Positions 10,608-24,295 of a stretch of DNA of 64,000 nt are shown here, one piece after another. Within the stretch, counting starts at the first letter, position 1, and the number at the start of each line of letters is the position of its first letter. Made by a program: the position numbers and the translations under genes. Below the pieces are notes generated by a model that saw only the letters and a program-made list of their open reading frames with translations, did no database searches and was not told the origin of the DNA. Location: assembly GCF_006345805.1 (NCBI RefSeq), contig NC_042998.1, forward strand, positions 173,352,001 to 173,416,000, in the 5' to 3' direction. The stretch is from Octopus sinensis. Its lineage: Eukaryota.

Positions 10608-13463
10608 GTGAGTACGAAGAATCTTGTGCAGTTTTAGATATTTTCCCTTCTCGTCTTCTACATCTTGTATTTGAATTTAACCCATATAATTATCGTAATT
10701 TTCAGAAGCATTCAGAGAGTTCTATGTGAAGAATGAAGATTTTTCTTTCTCAAGCTAATATCAGTCCGATGCAAGAAATAAAACAAATAAATGGATGTTT
10801 GTCACTTTTAGCTATTAGCACGCTCCACTCTAAGTGGCCAGGTTCTGATTCACAAGCAATTTGATTAGATCTAGATAATTTTTATTTCTGCATTTTGTAC
10901 ATTTAATTGATATTTATTAGAACACATTACTGTTATCATGTAAGAGAAGCGGAACTGAAACTATTTTAGTAGTGAATTTATTTTATTTCCAGAACATGGA
11001 GTTACGGTGTACATTGTGATTTATACTTTTGGATAAAAGTGTGTTATTTATTTGTACAATATTGATTTCTATATTTTTTGAAGAATCAACTGATAAATTC
11101 TCTAAAGAATAATAGCAATGAGAATTTCTGAATACTTCACTTCGTTGCGCTAATACATGTTATACTTTTCCAAAGAAGATTGCCTGTGGATGTAATAGGC
11201 ATTATAGGTAAACAAGCTACATTAATTGAATAGGTAATTTAATTCTATATATAAAAGGCGATGAATATTTGTACATTTGTTTAAAGAGCACTGCAAATAT
11301 TCAGAGATGTGTATGAAGAATAATAACCGCTTGGAAACCTGAGGAATATTAAAGACATACATGTAGCTTCAACGTTATTAAACGAGAAAGAAAGTGTCTT
11401 CCATAAACATAGAAGAATATTTAAATAACAGACTGAAGTATCTAAAATATCGTTACTAGTAAAAGAACTCGTACAAGAAATCATTGCATAGAAAATAGTT
11501 ATTGATTTATAACGGAAACTTTAGAGGGTAGTGTAGTAGTACATATCGCTTCATATGCTTTTTGGGCACTTATTGTATCAAATAAAATTTATATATCATT
11601 ATATTACATGCGTATAAAATATCTCTGCTTAACTGCTTCTTTACAAGTAGTCATGATCCATTGAAAATTATCTCGATGGATTCCAAGTTAAAATAAGGAA
11701 ACACGTAAATTACTTTTGTCCGTCGTTCCATCCACTCTAAACTAAATGTTAAGCATAATATACAAAACAGCACTACATTCATACAGAGGAGAATATAGAG
11801 TGTTAGTTGCAGACAGATAATAGGAAACGTCAAGAGTTCGAATCCTCCTTCGATGGCATTATTTTGTGTTCGTAACTCGAACTCTTACAAATGAAACGTC
11901 ACAATCCCTCTGGAAGAAAAGAGATGCCGCAGGATAAGTATAAAAGATATAGTGATGTCATTATAGAATTGAAATGCATCTAGTTGTTCCTATACCCTGC
12001 ATTAATATGTCTTCTTTGAAATTTCTAAACCGAATATATTAATGACCTTCATCCTTCAGTAATTTATTTATTGAATAACAAGCTAAGAATTCTTTATTCA
12101 TAGGACTTCAATATTTATTTTGACTGAAATTATTATTATGAAACTAAGCTAACTTTATATTTTAGCTGTATTATTTTATGGCTGGATAACTTTGCTCATT
12201 GCATATATGGTTCCCGAATACTTTTCAATCTTTCATTCCATTGAAAACTTTCATTTTGAGTTTCTTATTTCTTAGCAAGATTTGTCATCATAACTTATTT
12301 TCTTGATTTTCTGCAGTCTTATGTGTTCTTACAATCATAATGTAATAGAATCTACCAGTTAAAATGCCTCCAGTTCATTTATGTCATAGCTTAGATATAA
12401 AACTAGAATTTAATAATAAGAATTTACTTTTTGGTGTGGACTTTCGAAACTTAAATCTTAATCTAATAGCGGTGTCTTAAGCCTTGCATTATTTTTATCA
12501 ACTATTATAATCTAATTATTTCTTTCCTAATAATTTATCGAGTGTGCGTATATCTGTTTCCCCGTATCTAACTTTTGTCGCTATCTAATTTTATTATTTA
12601 TATATTAAAGATATTTTATTTCTATTTCAAATTTACATTGTGGAGATTTATTACTTCTGCTTTCATAATTATCATTGGAAATAGATTATATTTTGCAAAT
12701 CTTCTGCATTGTTTCACTCCAGTTGAATGAGCTTTGGCGTTTGCTGTGTATTTCATCCCTCCATGGTTGATAAATATCAGTAAAATACATGTAGTATAAT
12801 TATAAGTGATACAGCAGTATAGTTTTCTAAGCTTGAACATCAAACGTACAGTTTTACGGAAATGTCTCGATACAAGAAATAATTCTTATAATTTCAATAG
12901 TATCATTTTTATTGAGAGTTTGACTGCCGATCAGAGTCTAAAGATATGTGGCGTTGTGAAGTGACGTTTTTGCGTATCCTATTGCTTTGAAAGAAATATA
13001 TATACAGCACATTGTAGCTCGATTTACTTTTTGCTGTGTGTTTGTGTAAGTTCTGGGATTTGGATTATGTTTGGATTACGTTTGCATTTTTATTAAACAT
13101 TCTCAAAACATCTGTTACTTTGGGGTTGTATCTATAATTTTATTACCCCAAATTCAAGTTATGCTCGTTTCGAAATAGGTATATTTGGATAATTTTCCCA
13201 CCACCTTTATAGTGCAACGATCTAGTAGATAGGATGTTAAGATCGTTGTGAGGTCGTCGGACGTATCAAGGTCCCGGTGGCGCGATGAATATGTAAGGAA
13301 TGAATTACATTTTATGTTGCTCCAGTCCGGTGTGCTTAAAACGAATGCCAGCGTAAGATGCTGGTTAACTCTGAGACGGAGTGGTCTCCCGTTCAAGGTG
13401 AGAAATAATGATTCTTAGTCGCTTATCTTTATCTTTCATCCTCACGTATATGCATGTGTATAA

Positions 13464-13693
13464 AGCGGTGAGCTGGCAGAAACGTTAGCACGCCGAGCAA
13501 AATGCGTAGCCGTATTTCGTCTGCCGTTACGTTCTTAGTTCAAATTCCGCCGAGGTCGACATTGCCTTTCATCCTTTCAGGGTCGATAAATTAAGTACCA
13601 GTTACGCCTTGGGATCGATGTAATCGACTTAATCCGTTTGTCTGTCCTTGTTTGTCCCCTCTATGTTTAGCCTCTTGTGGGTAATAAAGAAAC
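13464..13693 (+). mobile_element. tRNA-head SINE (GGCGGCGAGCTGGCAGAAACGTTAGC family)
   Basis: A-box-like AGCTGGCAGAA, B-box-like GTTCAAATTCC; homologous to 16606-16794 and 47373-47880. Confidence 0.8.
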
Positions 13694-15469
13694 GCATATG
13701 CATGTGTATAAGGATCTTCCAGAATATAGTCACTGTACCATTTCGTAAATAACCTTTCTAATGTATGCTTATACCATCGTTTTGTTTTTTCGAAGTATTT
13801 CAAAATGCTGACATTTATTTGAAATGTAAGAAAGTGCCAACTCTGCCAGCTTTGTAGAGGTATTCTTTCTTGCTCAACACTGCACTTTGGATTCAAAGGC
13901 AGATAGGGATAACTTTGCTTTTCCTCCTTATTGGAACCGATCAAATATCTAACAAGCTAAAACGGTGGATTGGCGAAACTATTAGAAATTCAGAAAGACT
14001 ACCTTGTGACATCTTTATCGAGCAGGTTTTGGAACTTTATCGAGCACGTTCAAATCCATCCATGGTCTTATATATTAGACTTAATCCGCTGTCCAATTTA
14101 AAACTTTGAATCTTGGATGAATTTAACAGAGTTCACTCTGTTACAAATACTCAAACCAGGTCTCATGTTTGACAGGGCCTTCCCTTTTCACCTTCCAGTC
14201 TTGGAGGACCTATAAAAGCATTATGAACGGTGCCATAACCCTTACAATACGAAAAAAGACTAGGTAGCTTGAGAAAATATAACTATTTCTTACTTAATTT
14301 CATTATTTTTCTTTCTTTATCAAACATGATACTGTTCTTTTCTCACTTCAATGTTGTTTTGGGCCATTTTGTCGAATTCAACATCTCATATCACTGCTTC
14401 TAACAGCGGTACTAGCTACTTAAATGTAACGCACATGTGGACATTCGTATCAAAAAATGATTAAATGTCATCTTGTACCACTTATACCTCAGTCAAGTCC
14501 CATTCGCTACAAATTAATGCGTCAACCCTGAAGGGACCGGAGATTGGAAATTTACTTGAAATAGTTCTCTTGTAATTTATATTGTATTAATCTCTATAAT
14601 TCTCTTTTCTTTCTGCGTCTGCATAATCCTTAATGATTTGTTTAATCTATTTGCTTAATATTGTTAGTAACTGTGCAATGGAAAATGTTTTCAGGATACA
14701 TATATGGCAAACCCTGTCAAAAAATACTAGTAGTGAATGAATTCTAAGGTTGAAGCTTTCTTTCTCCGTCGACTGACTTCGGTTGTACTTTTGGTTCTGA
14801 GTAACTGATCTTATGAGCCCTGCAAACAATTCATGTGTTTCTACGTGCGATATTATTTGAGTTATGGGTTTATAACACTTTTTAAAACAGGGTATCGGTA
14901 GTGTACAGATTTGAGTTTATCGTCTTCTTAGTGCTTGGAATTAAGTGATTTTTACACCAGTCAGGTACTCAGTACATTCAGTCATTTATTTAGCATCGCT
15001 GCTGACAATTTAGATGACCCTGATGAATTATTTACACTGTTTACATTGGACGGATATGCGTCCTCATCTTTTGGAGCCCAGTTAGAATTGTTTTTCTGGT
15101 CGAGCAACCCATCTCACTCAAAAAGTCCCTGAATAAGGGTTGTTTAAGGATGTTGAACGAAACACCCATGTTTCCGAAGGTTAATTATTCAAACCCCAAA
15201 GAATCCCTCTCAATACATGGCTATGATGCTCCCCCATTATTTCTGCTCGTGATCAGAGATGCACATATCGTCAACCACCAAGGGACATGCTCAATTTGTT
15301 ATGGTCAAACAACTGACAAGCAAATCTGATCTGTGGTAATGAGCAAAATATTTGCTGTTGCCCATCTTTTCTACCAAGACAAAACAACGTACACTTCCAA
15401 TCTGTTAAGATCAGAAGCCACTGCCTGGTACTGCATCAGGGCATTTGTTATTATTATTATTATTAATTA

Positions 15470-15913
15470 TTCAGTAGTTTTATTTTTATAGCATGCTTTC
15501 ACTTCACTACCGAGCACAGCTCTATGTGCTTTGGGTATGTGCTGTGATTTGTTGTGATACTCTGATGGTTAGTGTTTTGCGTAGGATGTGTGCAGTGCCT
15601 AGTAGTGCAATTTCTGTATGTTATATGTGTTTGTAAGTCCTGGTGTTTTTGTTATGTATTTGTCTGTATATTTTTTTATCATGCCTCTATTATTATTATT
15701 ATTATTATTCAGTAGTTTTACTTTTATAGCGTGCTTTCACTTCACTACCGAGCGCAGCTCTGTGTGCCTTGGGTATGTGCTGTGATTTGTTGTGATACTC
15801 TGATGGTTATTGTATGGAAAGTGTTCTGCGTAGGATGTGTGCAGTGACTAGTAGTGCAATGTTTGTAAGTCCTGTTGTTTTTGTTATGTAGTTGTCTGAA
15901 TATTTTTTCTGAA
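15470..15913 (-). mobile_element. Two tandem 3'-end stubs (about 210 bp each) of an R4/Dong-type LINE, each bounded by (TAA)n
   Basis: 15470-15686 and 15709-15913 are homologous. The minus frame ends ..TKTTGLTNIALLVTAHILRRTLSIQ*, matching the GTAHILRK..* terminus of the element at 18512-19729. Confidence 0.75.
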
Positions 15914-15938
15914 TATTATTATTATTATTATTGTTATA

Positions 15939-15980
<42 letters not shown>

Positions 15981-16099
15981 GTTGTTGTTTATTGAAGGCA
16001 CTGAACTCGGAATCTTGGGATTACTAGCCCGCGCTCTTAACCATTTCGCTATATGCCCGTGGGCAATTATAGAGTGAATTTTAGGGCTTATAAGCCTAA

Positions 16100-16510
16100 T
16101 AGTTTTGTATCCTCCCTTAATACTGGATCCCATATTCTACTCATATCTGCACTAGGTCTGCTTAGAAGGTTATTGTGTGCTAGCATATATGCTGCCTCTT
16201 TTAGTTTTCGTATTTTCCAGTGGTGTTCTCAGCCTATTATTTTAACTTCATCTCACAGGGGAAGGTGGTCACCGTTATTCCATACATGATCAGCTATACC
16301 CAGTGTTTCAACATCTCTTCGTGTCACAGCTTTACAATGTTCCTCTACCCTTATTTTGAGTGGGCGGTAAGTTTCGCCTTTGTATAACCTACCACAAATG
16401 CATGGGATAGAGTACACGAAGTCTTTGCTTATATTCTCTTCTATTGGTGGTTTTACTCGAAGGAGATATTTGCGAAGTGTTGTACGAGTTCCGAGTTCAA
16501 TTCGAGGCAA
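16100..16510 (-). mobile_element. Penelope-like element fragment, GIY-YIG endonuclease region
   Basis: VYSIPCICGRLYKGETYRPLKIRVEEHCKAV..IADHVW..HLPL, then after a frameshift EVKII..WKIRKLKEA. Confidence 0.85.
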
Positions 16511-16605
16511 TGCTTTGGATGAATAATAATAATAATAACATCAGCAAAAAATACCTTAGGAATGAGAACCCAGAGTTGGATTCAAAAATTCTACCAGGGC
16601 ACCTA

Positions 16606-16794
16606 TTTCTTTACTACCAACAAGGGGCTAAACATAGAGAGGACAAACAAGGACAGACAAACGGATTAAGTAGATTATATCGACTACAGTGCGCAGTCGA
16701 CCTCGGCGGAATTTGAACTCAGAACGTAGCGGCAGACGAAATACTGATAAGCATTTCGCCCGGCGTGCTAACGGTTCTGCCAGCCCGCCGCCTT
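16606..16794 (-). mobile_element. tRNA-head SINE with internal deletion
   Basis: Reverse complement of the 13464 family, lacking the central tract. Confidence 0.8.
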
Positions 16795-18356
16795 GCTACC
16801 AGGACACCTGGAGAGTAAATCAGCCGAAAAGTTGTGGTAACAACAAAGAAGATGATGACACGTATCCGTCCAATGTGAATAATCTAAATAATGTACAGAA
16901 TTCCTCATCTCTAAAATATCGAACAGTATTCCCTGATTTTAAACAATAGTGTGCAATCATATCCTATCCTGCAGCTATGTCATTTTTTTTTCTTTTGTAT
17001 CATTTGTAATATTTGTCTTGTTATGGTTTCCCACGATTGATCAGACGCCGATTCCATTTTTTTTTCTTTAAGAATTTCTTCCAAAGTGCTTCCTCACTTG
17101 CTATACGTCAACGTATAAATTTTATACTGTATTTAGCCGTTGGTACTGAACAGATTTTTTCTTTTATTTTTAACAAGTTCTTGATAAAATTATTTTGGGT
17201 TGGAGGACGACTGTTTGTTTTGTAGAAACAAATCATGTCGATTTTCGTGTCATCGGATTCTTTGCAATTTAAAGATCTCTTGCTCCAGGCGTACTTTGAT
17301 TTCGGATACTTTTTTCCATGATAAATAGCTCCAAAAATATTTTTCCTTTGTATCTTTTCGCAATTGATTATTTCGAGGACTACACTTTACTATGTAAAAT
17401 CCTCAACAACTAGCTATATTATTACGTTTAGCCTGACAATATTGATTTTCTTGTCCATTTTCATTACATTTGCAGCGGACAGTATTGCATTTATGCAGCA
17501 ATGTCATCGTTGAATTTTATCCTTTAGGAGAACCTTCTTTCTTCTATTAATTTTAAATATCTATTTCTCTCTTTGAATTGTCATGTTCATCTCTTCGAAT
17601 TGTCATCTTCATGATTTACATTCTTAAATATTCCGTTATAAAAATCTCACCATATCTTTCATTTGAGGGTTTAGGGATATTTTTGTGCTTTATATTCCTA
17701 GTGTTTTACTTTTCTTGTTTGTTTTTGTTCGATATATTTCTTTTAGTTAGAAGTTCCTTCTTTTAAGCTTTAAATTTTGATTTCTGATATTTTAGGTTTG
17801 ACTAAGTAACATTTTATGTTTACAAGTGAATTTTCAAGGTAATATTTATATCAAGGTACATTTTTCTGTAAATTTCGTACGAGAATGACGCAGATTTTTC
17901 ATGCTATAAAAATATTCCTGTGTAACAGAAACTATCCTTTCGTGCGCATTTATGCGTTTATTGATTTCATTGATGTACGTGTATTTTGGATATCATATTC
18001 ATTAGTCTGTTAATTTGTTTTTGTTAATATCGAGTTTCGCACGCGTGACCTTTTCTTAATTTTGTGCATCAAAATTAAAGTATATGCACTCTTTTAATCC
18101 TGAACGAGTGATGCATAACATCATTTGTATTGTTTGCCTATATTTGTGTGGATGGACTTAATCTGTGCGGCCTTGATATGGTTTATTTCTTTAGTTTACA
18201 AGTAACCCAACGCAGGTCTATACGAACTTTTGCAATATTTTAGATATGGGAAATTCGCCATTATTATTGAGATGACGTGTTAATCTATGTTAATGAATAT
18301 CTTTCAAGAAATCAAGTACCGTTTTCTCATGTTAAACGTCCCTAGTTGTTGTTGTG

Positions 18357-18357
<1 letters not shown>

Positions 18358-18430
<73 letters not shown>

Positions 18431-18453
18431 CATATTCATTATTATTATTATCA

Positions 18454-18511
<58 letters not shown>
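18358..18511. repeat. (TTA)n / (TAA)n microsatellite
   Basis: Direct reading; abuts the 3' end of the R4/Dong element. Confidence 0.95.
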
Positions 18512-18513
<2 letters not shown>

Positions 18514-19727
18514 GTTTGACTTTTGCTTTATATTTGTACAAGTTGGCTCCAAGTCTCACCCAGAGACCTCAAGAGACAACAGGTTGGAAGTTCGTATTGT
18601 TGTTATGCCTAGTGTGCCATATATTTGGTTTTGTATTTAGTGTTGTACTAGTGAATGCCTAAAAAATATTATGTTTGTTTTAAAACTTGAGATTACATAG
18701 AAAGTATTTTGCGTAGGATATGAGCAGTTCCCATGAGCACTATCTTTTGAATTTCTGCCATTTTGGGGTTTCCTGGTATCTGAGTTAGGTAGCGATCAGC
18801 CCCTTTTGCTATCATTCCCAGGGCACCTATGACAACAAGTATTGTTTTAGTCTTCAGGTTCCACTGTTGCTGTTTTCTATTTCAAGATCTTTATATTTGC
18901 TCAGTTTTTGGTAGGTCTTGACAGATACGTTTATATCGATTGGGACAGTCATATCAATGAGGAGGCATGTTCTTTGTTTGAAGTCTTTCAATATAATGTC
19001 TGGCCTATTTGCATCTATCTTTCAGTCAGTTTGAATGGGGAAGTTCCAGAGGAGTGAGATGTGATCATTTTCAAGCACTGGAGATGGTTTGTGTTCCCAC
19101 CAGTTTTTTTCATGGGGCAAATCCAGGTTTTTGCAGATTACCCAGTGAATATATTGTGCAGCTCTATCATGCCTGTTGAGATACTCTGTAGGCGCTAGAA
19201 GACTGCACTTGGAGACAACATGATCAATGATTTCATTTTGTTGTTGACATACACGACATGTTGGGCTACTGCCGTTCTTTAATATGTTGGCCTGGTAGTT
19301 CCTTGTTGGAAGGCATTGATCTTGAGCTGCTATGATAAACCCTTCTGTTTCAGATTTTAAGCCAGAGGCCATTAGCCATTGATGGGTCAGGGCTTTGTCA
19401 ACATCTGCATTATTCGCTCTCTTTGGGTATTTGCCATAGAGAGGTTTTTCTTGCCATTTATCATTCAGAATATCTAAGGCAGCAGTTTTAGCACGGGTTT
19501 TCATGCGTTTAGCTTTTTCTGCGCTTGTTTCTTGTATGACTAATTCCGAAATTTGTTGTATTCGGAAGTCACTTAGATATTCCTTTGCCTGTTTTGTTAC
19601 TGAGTATGATGCTTTCTTGTTTTCATATTTTGCGAGAAGTTTTAACATCTAGTCCTCAAAGTTTTTCAGGTAGATGTCTAGGCCAATTGTAGCAATCTTC
19701 ATTGTTATTGCCAGTTGTAAAAGTCCA

Positions 19728-19729
<2 letters not shown>
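18512..19729 (-). mobile_element. 5'-truncated R4/Dong-type non-LTR retrotransposon (CCHC plus restriction-like endonuclease)
   Basis: ORF 19022-19648: LKSETEGFIIAAQDQ, CRVC..DHVVSKC, RHD; continues after a frameshift as ANRPDII..IDMTVP..KLSKYKDLE..GTAHILRKILSM*. (TAA)n on both sides. Confidence 0.9.
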
Positions 19730-19792
<63 letters not shown>

Positions 19793-19842
19793 CATCATCA
19801 TCATCATCATCATCATCATTATTATTATCATCATCATCATCA

Positions 19843-19891
<49 letters not shown>

Positions 19892-19900
19892 CATCATCAT
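19729..19900. repeat. (TTA)n/(TCA)n microsatellite
   Basis: Direct reading. Confidence 0.95.
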
Positions 19901-20724
19901 TATTTTAGCTAAACGACTTCCAGTATAATTTCTATGAAATGTGAATATCATCATCATCATCAACAGCAGTAATGGTTGAAAATCATCAGTAGTAATGGGT
20001 GAAAATTTAATGTTGTCATTCAGAACCATCTAACAGAAGATATTCAGAATAACATATTAGCTAACTGTTGATAAACTAATTTTGCTACGACATTCTTGAT
20101 TGAAGTACTATCATTTATCTTAGATATAATGACAACCTAGGCGCAACTTCAACAAACGCTGAAATATTATTGATTACAAAAATTAACCCAGCTTTCAACA
20201 AGTTTTATTAATGCAATATATGCATATTAATTTGTTTGTGTATGCATGTGTATGTATGTGTACATACGAATGAATCGATTGAAGAGGCAAATAATAGAAA
20301 ATATAAACATGTGCATATGTAAAAATGTGATTTATGCAATTAATCGGCAGGCATATTTGTGTTTGTTTGCGTTATAAATATACACATATCGCAGGATATA
20401 TTATTGACTTCTGTGTCTTTTCCATGGAAGCTAAGATGAAAATTGCAAGGATATCGTTTGCTAGGAAGTAAATTGATAATTCTTGTATCTAGAAAATTCT
20501 ATTTTCGAAAAGTTTCAACGGCCAAAGTTCTTCGCCAGAAGAATCCACTGCTTAGCTGTATCTAAAGTATAGTCAACTTTGCAGTAGTCTATATAACTTT
20601 AAGTAATTTGCGGAAAAGATAGGTCAGTTATTGTTTTGTCTGTCATTCAAACTAACTGTATTGGATCCCGTATTGACGCTGTTCTACAGAACATTATTTT
20701 AAATAACTTTACTGGTATTAGTGT

Positions 20725-21005
20725 GAAGGCGCATAGATCAGTGTTTAGAGCGTCGGGCTCACAATTTTGAGGTAGTCAGTTCGATTCCAGGACTGGACGG
20801 TTATTGTGCTCTTGAGCAAAACACTTTATTTCACTTTACGTCACGCTGTCCAGTTCACTCACCAGTAGAAATGAGTTGCAACGTCACTTGTGCCAAGCTG
20901 TAACGGTTTTACCTCCCCTTGGTATGCATAGGCGACAACTTTTCCTGGACAGTATCTTTGAGAGAAATTTTCTGGGTACAATCCCATGGTTATTCATGAC
21001 CGAAG
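20725..21005 (+). mobile_element. tRNA-head SINE (GAAGGCGCATGGCTCAGTGG family), decayed
   Basis: B box GTTCGATTCC and TTGTG.TCTTGAGCAA core; homologous to 45788-46113. Confidence 0.75.
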
Positions 21006-21165
21006 TTAGCTATTGATGGTTTTAGTTGATACAGCGGTTCCTAAAAAAGATGTGCGAATTGATTAGCTGAGGAGAATCAACGGATTAAACTTGAAAGGAA
21101 AAACCTACGTGCAGTTCACATCGCTTGCAAACCAAGAATAGTATAGATTTCTCATTATAGTTCAG

Positions 21166-21258
21166 GTTCTACAGTTACTAGAAAAGAGAGAGCCTCAGAC
21201 AAATCATTTTGCAGCATTTACTAGTTCTCTTTATGTGCTAGGTTTAAATCTAGTTGAG
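21166..21258 (+). CDS. Candidate exon (VLQLLEKREPQTNHFAAFTSSLYVLGLNLVE)
   Basis: ttcag acceptor (alternative tatag at 21160), GAG|gtaagt consensus donor, 93 nt, open, phase 0 to 0. Confidence 0.55.
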
Positions 21259-21407
21259 GTAAGTTTTGTCTTTAATCTTTCCAAGATCGATAAAATATAG
21301 TGTCACTTGGATAACAGGGTCTATATAATCGACTGTTCGCTCACCCAGATTTCTGACCTTGTGTCTATGTTTGAACCAATTATTATTATCATTGTTTATT
21401 ATTATTA

Positions 21408-21457
<50 letters not shown>

Positions 21458-22029
21458 TATTATTATTATTATCATTATTATTATTATTATTATTATTCGC
21501 CACCGCTTTGGTTGCTTTTCATTGCTAGGGAAGTTTATATATTTTACTGGCGCTAAAGTATATGAAAATACATTATTTCATTTGGATTATACAAATCAAT
21601 ATATTATGACAAACCCTGTAGTTTATTTTCACTAAAATAAACGAAGGCAGGCATTTTAAGGTTTAGATTTTCTCTAAGACGTTTGTAAACAATTTCTTCC
21701 TCAATAAGAAGATACGCTTCCAAACTCCAGATTGAAAAATACTTCAAAAGGAAACGCAAGAAAGTAAATGCAAAAACATTCCTTTTCACACGGCACACAA
21801 CAGGAAAAAATTGACTTGAAATATAATTACTTTATCAGCAACAATGACAGCAAGGCTTTATGCTGTGAAGATGGTATCAAGTCAGGAAAGTGTGTCTTTC
21901 GTTTACCGACGTCACCGGTAACATAAGGAAATTTTTGCACAAATAAAGCAAAGTTCTGTAACCACAGAATATTTCATCTTCTGAAATACGTTATTTAGTA
22001 ACAAGAAGGAAAATAGCTAACTATACCTG

Positions 22030-24290
22030 TCTTTGGGGCAGCTTCCTAGCCAGCGCTTCAAAAAATCATTACGTCTGGTAGCTGGAGTAAATCATACGAG
22101 TCACTATATGTGATTTTCAGAGACGAAGGCCAAGCAAGTAAAGAGCCTGATCAGATGCAATGTGCAACCGCCCAAACGCTTGCTCCACAGAAATTGGTGC
22201 AATGAAATACAATGTTGGGAACGACATACAACTTCTGATCCCCATCATTACAGGAGTATCTCAGAACTATTTCTACGTACTGATGCAGAAGGAATGGCAA
22301 TGAGACTGATAGTGCGTGTCATGAATCCTAGTTGCTACACGTGGGTTAACAAAATCCATATTGAGTTCTGCTCAAGAGAGAAGTCTCCAGGTCTGAATGG
22401 ACTGTCTTTCAAAGCTTTAGCTTCATATATTAGACCTATTTGGTGATCTCTTCGCTGATGTCAACCGCAACTGATAATGGGATGATTTTTCCCAGTGTTG
22501 TGTTGTGGTAATGCTGAGAAAGGACACGAACAGCAGGATGGGATTAGACAGAGAATCTCATGCCTGTAACTCTGCGCAACACAGTTTACAAGATTTTGGT
22601 CAACGTGTTAGCCAAGAGATAGGCGCTTGTCATTTGTAGACTGGTCGTTGACGCGCACACGTGCGCTACCCAGACAGTTCTACCCGCAGCAACATACAGC
22701 TCACGCATTACATTATAGAGGATGTGAGTATGAAACATGGCATGGACGATACCTTGGTGAATTTGAACTAGTCGGCAGCTTTCGCCAAGGTTGACCAACA
22801 ATACCTATAAGTTGGCCTCTCGGCAACCTATTTCAGTCCAATTTTCAGAGACCAAATCGCAACAATATATAGCAGCATCTGTTCAGTGTTCAAAGTAAAT
22901 GGCCACCTATCGTAATCGTTTAGCATCGTTTAGTAGTCTTATGGAGAAGTCACTGAGACAGTATCGGAAATTGAGGTGAATGGCTCGACCCTAGGGAAAT
23001 ACGAAGCGGTGACAAGAGCAAAGATTATGCAGAACGCGTCGGTGGTCCAGCAGCTCACCACCTAGAGAGACAGGCTCATGCTGGCGGATGTCTTAAGTGG
23101 CTGGACGGAAGGACCATTTAAATTGCTCGTAGTTTGGTTTGGTTCGGACCTTCAGGTAGTCAAGTCCTGGTAGGGGGGATGGAGATGACGATAAGGCTAG
23201 CCAGCTTCATTCAGAAGGAGGCAGAGATGAAGTTGTCTCTGAAGGGTCTGCCAGAGCTGGTATATGCTTACATCGCATACTTTATCTACTACGGCCTGAC
23301 TGTCGCCCCTTTCCTTACTTCGTTGCTGATCAAGCATGAATGCTAGTTCTCATTTCCGTGACGAGTGGAACACGACCCGTGTTCCGCTCATTAGACGATC
23401 CATTTTCTATCAGAAGCCGCTGAATGAAGGACTGGTCATGTCGTTGCTAATGATGCGCAAACATGCGGTAAGGTTGTGGCATATTCAGCGTTTCTTTGGT
23501 GGTGAGGTCGGTTTCCGTTTGTCGGACGGGGTTTTTCGCAATTTGTCTCATTGGCCGAACTACAGTTCTAGATCATGCGTAGACCAAGAAAGGACGGCTG
23601 GCACCTGGAGTGTTGGCAAGTACTTACATACCTCTTCCAGTCAGTGGAAGTTTCACAATAGAGTTATATTTGAGATTAGTGGCAGACGAGAGCGTCGATG
23701 TTCTTGACAAAGCATTTGGCTTCAGGGCAGATTAATTAGATAGTAGTCTTTTCCAGAGAACTCTTGGGCCGGAAACTCAACATGTTCGAGAGAAGCTCTA
23801 CAGGCACGAAATTGTTGTCAGACGAACCTATCTGAGATGCGCACAAGTGATGAAACCGTGTTGCATACGTCCCCCTGTGCCTAAGTATTGAATCTTTGTT
23901 GAACAGCTGTTGTAGCGCGTGGTACGGGTGTGGATATTGGCCGAGTCCATCGTAAAAGTCACCCCCAGCCTCCTTTTGGCCGGAAAAGATAGGTAGTTTT
24001 CCTCTGTCTGGTGGCTATGGCGAAGGAGTTAATACGGTAGACAATGTCAAAAGGACTAAAAACAGACACATTCCACGTCCTCATTGACTGTTTAAAGTTC
24101 CACTTGAAGAGGAAAGTGGGGGTGGAGAAGGAAGTGCTGCCTCGCCACCATCCAGTATTTTTGTTGAAAGGTAGGTGAAGTATAACGATGATGGTCCATG
24201 TGAATGGGTCAACTCTGAACATGCTCCTGCAAGCAGGAGGGGAGGAAGAGGAGAGGAGTGCCTGCATGGGATGTCCTTGCGATAGGGATG
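22030..24290 (+). mobile_element. Decayed L1/Tx1-clade LINE ORF2 (RT to CCHC) with internal deletion
   Basis: KSPGLNGL; PVTLRNTVYKILVNVLAKR; KYEAVTRAKI..WFGSDLQV; KLSLKG..YIAYFIYYGLTV; LYRH..LRCAQ zinc-finger region. Boundaries approximate. Confidence 0.8.
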
Positions 24291-24295
24291 TATGT

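Noticed and set aside
21062-21120. CTGAGGA..GAAA-GG-AAAAA-CC-TA hammerhead-like string
   Set aside because: Stem I cannot form and there is a 6-nt gap before GAAA; probably chance.
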